Positions 11,989-22,647 of a DNA stretch of 64,000 nt are shown here, piece by piece. The notes below the pieces were generated by a model. It was not told the DNA's origin and did not search any database. It worked only from the letters and a program-made list of their open reading frames with translations. The translations under genes were made by a program, and so were the position numbers. How positions within the stretch are numbered: the stretch's first letter is position 1; every line of letters begins with the position of its first letter. Source of the stretch: Azolla caroliniana (lineage: Eukaryota; Plantae; Polypodiophyta); contig JBHGNT010000022.1 of assembly GCA_043228905.1 (NCBI GenBank), positions 3,534,001 to 3,598,000 of the forward strand, read 5' to 3'.

Positions 11989-12970
11989 CTGCAAAGGGAG
12001 AAGAAAGGTAAGGAAAACATTTGAAGAGAAGAGAACCCAATAAAGGAACCCATTATTCTGTAGAACATCCTTTTAAACTTATCAGCATGTCTATGCCATA
12101 AAAAAGAAATAAAGTGATGGATCTTATGTAAAAACTATAAAGAGACAAATCATGAAAGGAAAGGAGCCCCAAAGAGGCAATATCTAGATGGATTTAGAGG
12201 CAGACAATGAAATCATTAAAAACAAGTCGATGCAGCATACTCTGTTAGACATTATTAGATCAATCAAACCTTTTCAAAAAGGAACTACCCTACATAGTAC
12301 TAATTCAATCAGGAAAAGATCTCAGGTAAAGCTAATCAGAGACAAAATCAATTCATCAGAATGAGGCCAAGTGAGAATTTCTCTTGCTAGCTTTAGAGAC
12401 AAAATCAATTTATATAGGTTTTAACTGATCTAGAGTCAAAATTAACAAAATTTTAAGTCATCACCTGTTGTTCAATTGAGAGTCAAAATTAACTAGGTTT
12501 TAACTGATCACCTCTTGTCAGTTTTAGAGACAAAATTAGTTAGGTTTTAACTGATTAATCGTTTGCTAGATTTAGAGACCAGAAATGGATAAATTTTTTT
12601 CCTGATGAAGAGAAACAACCAACGAGGTTTTACCTTATCATCTCTTGCTAGATTTGGAGAAAATTAACTAGGTTTTAGCTTATCATCCCTGGTTAGATTT
12701 GGAGACAAAATTAACTGAGGTTTAACTTATTTATCTCTATCTACATAGAAACAAAACAATGGAATCTGGAAAAGAAAACAAATTTAGTTTTAAGATATGT
12801 CAGCCAGATTTAGAGAATAAATAAAAAAATTGGAAGCAGAAAAAAAAATATAAAAAAATAAAATCCCCAAAAAATAAACTGGTAGTTTGTCCCGCATATC
12901 AGTCGCTAGAATTTATGGAGTCAGGAAAAACATAACGGAAGCCGAAAATTCATAATTAATAATTAATTAC
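11989..12970 (-). other. Putative 5'-UTR intron of the MACPF gene
   Basis: Pyrimidine tract plus TTTGCAG acceptor at 11989, 38 nt upstream of the ATG. Candidate donor AAG|GTAATT at 12970. Confidence 0.5.
12375..12920. repeat. Degenerate ~45-50-bp minisatellite in the putative 5'-UTR intron
   Basis: Recurrent TTGCTAGATTTAGAGACAAAATTAACTAGGTTTTAACTGATC-like units. Confidence 0.75.
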
Positions 12971-13167
12971 CTTGTTTTTTCTACCCCCACATACTCAAGT
13001 TTGTCGATCAATCAGAAGAAAAAAGAAAAGGCTGCTGGAATGAGTGGAATTAAGTTAAGAATTACTGATAATTTAGCGTAAAATTTGTATGACTATTACT
13101 TCGGGGAACGTATTTGACAGAGATGGAGAGATGAGAGGCTGCTATGGTAGGGAGATGCTTTTTTAAT

Positions 13168-13692
13168 CGTCTGTCTGTCTGTCTGTCTGTCTGATTTATA
13201 AAGAACTGTTGGAAGACCTCACACGCTCGGTCAATGTGTTCTGTCGGACCGTCCTACAGCTCTCATCATAACATACATACATACATACATACAAATACAT
13301 ACATACATACATACATACAAATACATACATACATACATACATATATACATACATACAAATACATACATGACATAACACACACACATACATACATACATAC
13401 ATGACATAACACACATACATACATGACATAACCCACATACATAGATTTACATACATGACATAACATACATATATACATGACATAACCCACATACATAGAT
13501 TTACATACATGACATAACATACATACATACATGACATAACCCACATACATAGATTTACATACATGACATAACATACATACATACATGACATAACCCACAT
13601 ACATAGATTTACATACATGACATAACATACATACATACATTTACATACATACATACATGACATAACCCACATACATACATTTACATACATAT
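13168..13692. repeat. (GTCT)n plus (CATA)n microsatellite with a 54-bp higher-order unit
   Basis: GACATAACCCACATACATAGATTTACATACATGACATAACATACATACATACAT is repeated about 5 times within the (CATA)n tract. Confidence 0.95.
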
Positions 13693-14750
13693 GCTCGTGT
13701 CTATTTGCACCCCAATCATAGAGAGGCGTGGTGAGGGAATCACGGCCATGGACAGTGCAGGTGCCACGTAGCCGAGGGCGCATGCGATCTGCACCATCAC
13801 ATCTTTATCTAAAACATCATGCGAGTTTTCGATAGCCCGACTCTGACGGCCTCTGTCACCAGAAGCCCGACTCTCTGATTGTAGTAGCCCGACTGACTCA
13901 GCGCAGGAGTTTGACTCAAATTAGGAGTCCGATGGACTTAGGGCAAGAGTCTCACTCAAATCAATAGCCTAACATAGTCAAGGCCAAAGCCCAAACTTAT
14001 AACACACTCAAATCTTATTCCCAATGTCAAACAAAAAGTAAAAGATCATTCCAAACACGTTACGTCTGAGATTTCACCAAAGCATTAAAATTTTGGCCAC
14101 CAAACAATTCACCCGTGTGTTGAGCATACTTAAAACTTCAAATGACATAAATTCAAGCCACAAAAAGCTATTATGATCACAAGCTATCTAGTGTTGATTT
14201 CACAAACCAAAAACCTAGAAATGAAGTCAAATTTTGCATGAATCCATACAAAACCAAAGATTATGGCTCATGTGGAGAGGATGACAAAATGCAGCTACAA
14301 CTTCTGCAACAATCAATATTTGAGTCCCTTGAAGTCAAGGTAAAGCCATCGCAATGCAAACACTGAACATTCTTTGCCAGCCGCCTTCTAACCTGACTTC
14401 CACCTCTCTGTAGTCTTCCAATATGGGATTTGGAAGTGTTCGTGGAGCTTCCAATAAGTTCTTGTGAAATGTCAAACTGCCCTCCTCTTTCCACACCAAA
14501 TTGGGGCTTCCAACTTATGGATCTTGTGCCTACCTCATTGGTTGATTTTGGTGAACCTAAACCGTACACTTTTTGCGACAAATCTACCAATGTTTGCATA
14601 CAATCCTCAATAGCAACCTTACCAAAGGAACCCTTGCTTGAACCATACCATAACTTTCTCAACCATTTGTATTTGAGACTTCCATGATTCCATGTTAGAT
14701 GGTTCTGTCTCTATCTCCACATCCGTTTTTGTGATATCATCCATTCGCAT

Positions 14751-14922
14751 TTGGGCCACATGATCTATAAATGGTAACGACCCACATAGGTATGACATAT
14801 ATGTCTTTGTTGAGCAAGCACACTCAACTTGGGCCACATTTGGGCCGCATGATCTATAAATGGTAACGACCCACATAGGGATGACATATGTCTCTGTTGA
14901 GCAAGCACACTCAACTTGGGCT
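14751..14922. repeat. ~89-bp tandem duplication
   Basis: TTGGGCC(A/G)CATGATCTATAAATGGTAACGACCCACATAGG...GAGCAAGCACACTCAACTTGGGC occurs twice. Confidence 0.85.
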
Positions 14923-15094
14923 GAATTGGTTGAAGAAGTCGAGAGCCGGATCGGCTGGAGACTGTCGGCTAGGCCCGAGTTGGTTGAATAAGCTGAAAGC
15001 CGAACCAGTTGGTCATTAGAGGCCTATATTCCTATTTAATAAAAAGGAATATTATAGGCAAAGTTAGTGTGAGGCTCAGTTATTGAGCATTCAA

Positions 15095-16024
15095 GTACTT
15101 GTCAATACTTGTGTCAGTACACGCATCAAGGCTTGTATATAAAGTGCTCTCTCTAAGCACATTTGTTGTAATCCAGTACAAAGAACATTTTGCGAATAGA
15201 AGATTATTGTTGTCTGCTATCTCTCTCTCTGTCTCTCTCTCCCACTTCGTGTTTACCTAACAATCATGTTGCCGAATAACCGACTATGTACTCTGTGTCT
15301 ATCGCATACGCTTCCACACACGTATTCATTTACATGGTATCAGAGCGCAAGGATTAGAAGAATCCTCTAGTGCTGACAAAGCGAACAAGATAGAGACAAG
15401 CTTTCGTTTTCTTTTTCGGAAAAGAAAAGACAAGAATATGAAGAAAGGTATGGGAAGCTCGCTTCCAACAAAAATGCTCAATAGGAGCAATTATGCATCT
15501 TGGGCATACAAGATGCACGAGTATCTACTCGGTCATGGATACTAGAGTTACATAGAAGGGTACTTGTCAATACTTGTGTCAGCCTACTCATCAATTCTTA
15601 TATATAAAATGCTCTCTCTAAGCACATTTGTTGTAACGAGTACAAAGAACATTTTGCAAATAGAAGATTATTGGTGTCTGCTATCTCTATCTCTATCTCT
15701 ATCTCCCACTTTGTGTTTACCTAACAATCGTGTTGTCGAATAACCGACTATGTACTCTGTTTCTATCGCATACGCTTCCACACATGTATTCATTTACATG
15801 GTATCAGAGCGCGAGGATTAGAAGAATCCTGTACTGTCGACAAAGCAAACAAGACAGAGACAAGCTTTCGTTTTCTTTTTCGGAAAAGAAAAGACAAGAA
15901 TATGAACAAGGGTATGGGAAGCTCGCTTCCAACAAAAAAGCTCGATAGGAGCAATTATGCATCTTGAGCATACAAGATGCACTAGTATCTACTCGGTCAT
16001 GGATACTAGAGTTATATGGAAGGA
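15095..16024 (+). repeat. ~465-bp tandem duplication of LTR 3' half, PBS and gag start
   Basis: GTACTTGTCAATACTTGTGTCAG starts at 15095 and 15560; two PBS copies. Confidence 0.9.
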
Positions 16025-16861
16025 GCAAATGATGCGGCACTGGATGTGACACAAAGGGACTTTCCGGCCTGGGAACGAGCGGTTGTACTGCTTTGTGTCC
16101 AACATCGGAGACCAACTACTGAGGTACATCCGGAACGCAAACATGCCAAAGGATGTGTTACGGGCATGACCATATAATATCCCGTGGTGAGAATTTACGG
16201 TAGTATTCTATACACGTGGATAAGTGTGAGGGTTAAACGAGAGTGTAAAGAAGGGGAGGATTACTTTTAATACTCAGGATTGAGACAACCCATTAGGCCA
16301 AGTGTGAACTTGCCTGGGGGCCTTGGGTATCGCTATAAATAAGAGGCCTAGCTACCCTCATTTCATCATCTATTGACTACGTCGAGAATCTGTTATTGTG
16401 GTAGGTCAACTCTTGTAGCGAGTGCGCTAGCACCAGGTACGACTCGATGCCATAGCGGTGGTATGGGATGCCGATCAAGGCTCGAGTCCGTCTCGATCCC
16501 TTCGCTCGGGGGTGGTCGAGTTGATTGACACCCTTCTTTTTCTCTCTCATTTCTATCTATCTATCATTCTTTTCTCCTTATCATACGCTTACATTAGATC
16601 ATATCTCTAATAGTTGGTTTTAGAGCTCATGTTCTAATGTTTCTTTTGTTGTCTTTTGTCTTCTTGATTGATGGTGATCGATCGATGTGTTGTCAGCCTT
16701 GATCCAAACAACGATCAACAAAGGAACTTCGGTAATCTTTCTTGTTTTTTTTTTCTATTTTTTCTTCTCCCTTCTAATCATGTATATGGTCATATGTAAT
16801 TTTTTTTTCATTAATTCAATGATGTTGTAGTGGTAATTAATTGGTTTTATAAAATGTTTAC

Positions 16862-17125
16862 ATATGTGCACGAGATCAATACCTCATTTGACATATATTT
16901 TATATGTGATTAGTGTCGTATGTGTACGAGGTTAATACCTCAATTACGTATTACGTTCACAAATATATGTTATGTTTGCGTATGAGGTCATTACCTTGAT
17001 TTGTATGTAAATGATATTTGGTGTCGTATGCATATGAGGTCAATACCTCAATTGCGTATTACGATTAAACCTTATTTTTAGATGTTTCGTGTGCGTAGAG
17101 GGTATATGCCTCAATTACGTATCTT
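16862..17125 (+). repeat. Five ~55-bp-spaced hairpin repeats (GAGGT-CAAT-ACCTC core) in the element's 5' leader
   Basis: Cores near 16872, 16928, 16984, 17036 and 17098; the array is also present in the second copy at ~51270-51535 (minus). Confidence 0.8.
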
Positions 17126-18304
17126 GATTACATCATTTTTGGCTATTTTATATTACGATTTCTTTTATAGATGCATATGTGGTCATGTGTATACGTATTT
17201 GATCGTATATATGTGATAATATACATATGTGTATATAAGTTATTACGTGATTTCAATATCGAATGTTTTCCTTTTCGGGGAAAGGATCTTGGTGGCCGTC
17301 CTCACATTTTTGTGAGAATGGCATTGTCACCATCCCTTTTTCAACAAATTTTTATTGTTGAAATCCTCGTTGGTGACTTCGATTTCGTTACGTAATGATA
17401 CAATCTTAGCCACAATGGTGTTGAGAACGTAGGGCTTGACCCACTTGATGTGAGATCGCTCTTATGACAGACATATCCAACATCCCTCCCTCATTACATG
17501 GATACGATGCCACCATGAGATCATTGTTACGAAAGGCATTCGTAATGAGGTAACCATGTGATGGGCCGCGTGGGCCTACTACGAAAAGAGGGCTCATTTG
17601 GCTTGACCATTAGGTTGCACTTTGGTGTATGCCATTGTAATTACGAGACTTGGGTTAGGTAATGTACCAACAAAGTTTGTGGTAAACGAGGGGGAAATAA
17701 GGACTCTTGACATATATGTTTCTTTTAAAAAAACATATATGGGCAAATGCCTCACATAGCTCTTATACGCATTAAATATTAAACATTCAAGAAGTGCAAC
17801 CTACTTGTTTGGCTCAAGTGTTTAATACATTTGTTCTCGAGGTCTCGAGTTCAAATATGACCAAGACCATCCAACATCGTTGATACATACGACTATAACA
17901 CATGTTTAGACTTGAGGTCTAAGTGCACTTCGGGGTCCTCGTAATAGGACATAAAGAGCCGAAACCACATATGTGGGCACCGAAACATAGTTTATTGTTA
18001 ACATTTTTTTCGTGTATAAACTATTCATGACGCGAACATACATGGTTGAACCTCAGAGAGCCGCCATGAAAAAATTGATATAGAGATCAGGGAAAGACAT
18101 TAATTTGTCACGCCCATGGTTTTTAAAACACCTTTGTGTTACCATAGTAACCTGATCTTCAACCTCATCTCATACATCTAGAGGGGTATTGATGTGAGAT
18201 CATGATATCGATTAATGTTTGCCCATGATATGTTTACATCACGGCATGATGTTATGACTATTTGTCTGACCTTATCCTATTTCTTTGCCAAAAATAATCA
18301 TTCA

Positions 18305-21300
18305 ATGGCTCAAAATAACGACCCAATGTCATCCGCTCAAGTGGAAGGAACTCAAGGAAATCCTCCTGGACAAATGTCCATTGAGATGTATTTTTCACAA
18401 ATAAGCCAATACCTTAGTTTCATCGCTCAATAGATGACCAAACTTCAGCAATATCAAAGTGCTCTCGAGGCACGTGTCATTAATTTACAACATGAGACTA
18501 ATACACTTGATGAGCAACAAGGTGAACCATCGTTTGTCATTAAGCCATTTACGGGAGAAAAAAAAGGAAAGAACCGAAAAAGCAATCTGCACGTGGCTGG
18601 GCCGATGGGAGTCTCATTTTGAGCTCTATCCTACGCTAGATAGTACGAAGATTACATATGTCGTCCAAGAACTAGGGGGTAAGGACGCCGCCTGGTGGCA
18701 TGGGCCCTGAACTTTGGGGAAATTGCCCGATACCTGGACAAAATTTGTCACAGTTTTTAAGGGCCAATTTCTGCAACCTCCCTCTCACACCAAGGCAACA
18801 CAAGTTTTAATGAACCTCTCTAGCATGAAGTTTTCCTCTCTAGAAGACTATGTTCACCATGCTAGAACCCAAATCCAAAAATCGGGTCTAGAAGGGGACA
18901 ACTGGTTAATAGCTTGTTTTGTCAATGGCATCCCCAATTCGGATTATCACTGGATAGTGCATGATAAGGATCCAAAATCCTTCGAAGAGACCTTTGAAAT
19001 AGTTCTTCGCTATCAACGCAATTCGACGAAAAACCACAACAAACCCAATGAAGCGCCCGGGACTAAGCAGTTGCAATTCGCTGGGAAACACAAGACACCC
19101 AACGAATTCATGGATCACGATTGTAAGTGACAACATCCTTTTTGCGTATTCTGCAAAAAGAAGGGTCATATAAAAGAGCAATGTCGAAAGCTCCAATGGA
19201 AAGAGCACGATAGCAAAGCTAAAGCTGTAGACCATAAACGTTAGATTCCTAATGTCCTTCAGGTCTATACACATCATTTAAGTAATTATCAATGTTCTTT
19301 CCCTCACTATGTATTGGGTCCCAATGATTTACTACGTGCAAACGGGTATATCAATGGATCTCCCGTACAATTTTTGTTTGATTCGGGAAGCTCACACAAC
19401 TTTGTGAATGATCGTTTGGTTCAGATATGGGGAATCCAACCCACCATAAGTGATCACACCTATACAATGCACTTGGTTGATGGAAGAGTACAATACATCA
19501 ACGAGGCGATTCATTCATTAGGAATTTCTATTGATACATATATAGAGGAAGTAGACTTCCATGTAATGAATCTTTGTACCACTGATGTAATATTGGGTTA
19601 TCCCTGGTTTTATAATAAAAACTCTTCTTTATCTATTGATTGGGTTCATCATTCAATAACTTTTGTACTAAACGATTGTACTCATTTTATTCAATGTGTA
19701 AAAAAACAATCCCTCTCGATTGTTTCCTCTCCATCAATATCCGAGTTGTCTTGTTCTACTCTATTTTGTTGTGTACTTGATTCGGACATTCACGTTTACA
19801 ATATCGATAATGTCTCGGTTCAATTAACATATTTTGAACAAAAACAACTTGATGGAATCTTAAATGATTTTTGTGATGTTTTTCTGAGTGAACTACCAGA
19901 CGGGTTACCTCCTAAACGTAATATAGACCATCGTATAGATATTGTACCTAGCGTTGCACCAATAAGTATACCTCCTTATTGCTTAAGTCGATCCGAAGAG
20001 GATGAGGTATCTAAGCAACTCAAGGACTATTTACGAATGGGTTATATACGTTATAGTAAATCTCCATGGGGTGCACCAGTTCCCTTGGTTAAAAAGAAAG
20101 AGGGCACATGGTGTATGTGTATTAATTACCGACGCTTGAATAAAGTGACAATTAAGAATTCGTATCCATTGCCCCGGGCTGATGATATAATTGACCGTCT
20201 CCAAGCAGCTCGGTATTTTACGAAACATGATCTCCGTATTAGCTACCATCAAATTCGTATAAGTGAGGACAATGTTCCCAAAACGGCATTTCGTACGCGC
20301 TATGGCCATTATGAGTTTTTGGTTATGCCTTTTGGTTTGACCAATGCTCCGACTACATTTCAACAAGAAATGAATGACATTTTCCGAGAACAACTTGGAA
20401 AATTTGTCATTATTTTCTTGGATGATATTTTAGTTTATAGTTGTACATCACAAGAACATGCTAAACATGTCCGCTTTGTTTTACAAACATTGCTTCACAA
20501 ACAATTTCATGCGAAGATCTCAAAATGTGAGTTCTTCAAGAAATCAATTACTTATCTTGGACATCTCATAACCGAATGAGAAGTTGAAATTGATCCTTCT
20601 CGCATCGAGAAAATCAAGCTTTGGCCCACTCTTCAGAATATTCGAGAAGTTTGATCATTCCTTGGTTTTGTCGGGTTTTTGCGAAAATCCCTTTGTAATT
20701 ACTCCTAATTGACGACGCCGTTTACTGATCTTCTAAAAGGTCAAACGCGTAAGTCTACAAAACCTATTGTCTGGAATGCTACACTAGACCTTGCCTTTAA
20801 GGAACTCAAGGACCTGGTGTGCAAGGCTCCTTCACTTCTTTTACCCAATCCTTCAAAACCTTTTGAGGTTGAAACTGATGCAAGCGATTATGCTATAGGT
20901 GTTGTCTTATATCAAGATGGTAAACCAATAGCATTCGAGAGTAAGAAACTTGATTCTGCTCAATGTTGGTATACCGCTCAAGAAAAGGAGTTATTTGCAG
21001 TTATACATGCGCTCAAAACATTGCGCCAGTATCTTTATGGAAATCATTTTGTGGTAACTACGAACCACGAGTCCTTGAAATATTATTGTGACCAACAAGA
21101 CCTGAAAGGTTCTAAGGCACGATGGGTTAATCTCATCCAAGACTTTGATTTTTCCATACGATATCGTAAAGGTTCCATGAACATTGTTGTTGGTGCACTA
21201 AGTCGCATCCGTGAAGTTAACATGCTTAGCTTCACTGAAATAACATCAGATCTTTATGATCACCTTCGAGGAAAGTATCCTGATGACAGTTATTTTGCAA

Positions 21301-22647
21301 AATACTGGGCAAGAGTTGAGTCTAGAACAGACACCACCACATCCTCAAAGGAATCCTTCCACATTGCTAATGGTTTGCTCTACCGTAATGGGAAGTTTTG
21401 TGTTCCAGATTTGCCTGAGGTCAAAAAGAAAATTCTTTTTGAATTCCATGATGCACCCTCTATAGGAAACCCTAGAATACATCATACACTCGTTCTTGTC
21501 TCCACTCAGTTCTGTTGGCCTAAGATGCGTCCTGACATACATAGTTATGTGACTAAATGCCACCAATGTCAGGTTAACAAAGCCGAGCGACTTAAAGCCG
21601 GAGGACTTTTACATCCCTTGGACATTCCCAATAATAAGTGGGAAAGCATATCCATGGATTTTATTGTTAGCCTTCCTCGCACCCAAAAATGCCATGATGC
21701 CATCTGGGTTGTGGTTGATAGACTAACTAAAATGGCAAGATTTATTGCTACTAAAACCACGGTAACAACTCTTGAATTGGCTTACCGATTTGTTGACGAG
21801 TTATTTCGTTTTTATGGGTTACTGATTGATATTATGAGTGGTCGAGATCCAAAGTTTAGTGGTGACTTCTGGACGCAAGTTTTTAAGAAGTTAGAAACTA
21901 CATTGAGCATGAGCTGCACGGATCATCCTCAATCCGATGGACTGATAGAACGAGTAAATCAAATTATTGAGGACATGCTTCGAGCATACGTTGGTACAAA
22001 ACCAACAAAATGGGAACGTTATCTCCCAATTTTGGAGTTTGCTTATAACAACTCCAAGCATACATCGACATGATATAGTCCTTTTATGTTGATGTATGGT
22101 TTTCAGCCACGAGCCCCAATTGATGTTAATATACATCATGATGAGTTGCGAAGTACACAAAACTTTCTTCAAGATATGTAAGATATGTTGCATAAAAGGT
22201 ATTTTTCGTGTACCTCACAATTCTAAGACATTGTCTAAGGGTAAGTACGCTAAGCTAGCCCCACGGTTTTGTGGACCTTTTATAGTCCTCAAATGCATTG
22301 GGTCATTAGCCTATCATCTCGCTCTCCTCGATGGTGTCGAAATTCATTCAGTTTTTCATGTGAGTCGTCTACAAGAACTTCTAGGTTCTGGCGACAATAC
22401 AACTACAACTGAAACTTTGGTTACTTTTGAAGACTTATCTTCTAAACCACATGTACCAAAAAGAATTCTCGATGTCAAAAAAAATAAATTACGTATTAAA
22501 GAAATCCGAGAAATTAAAATAAAATGGATGGATAAATCAATACAAGATGCCACATGGGAACACGAAAATACTCTCAGAATGAACTTCCCTAACTTTCCAT
22601 TGCAAGAGTGTAATGTTTTAAAGAGGGGGAGTATGTTACAGGCATGA
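18305..22647 (+). pseudogene. gag-pol of the chromoviral element (stops and frameshifts)
   Basis: ORF pieces at 18215, 18714, 19314, 20709 and 22096 give gag, PR-RT, RH-INT and chromodomain in gypsy order. Confidence 0.9.

Noticed and set aside
13196-13783. 195-aa, 124-aa and 61-aa M/Y/V/C-rich ORFs
   Set aside because: These are translations of the (CATA)n micro/minisatellite.
16862-17125. CRISPR array (palindromic repeats with variable spacers)
   Set aside because: The repeats are degenerate, the spacers show alternating similarity, there are no cas genes, and the context is a eukaryotic retrotransposon leader.
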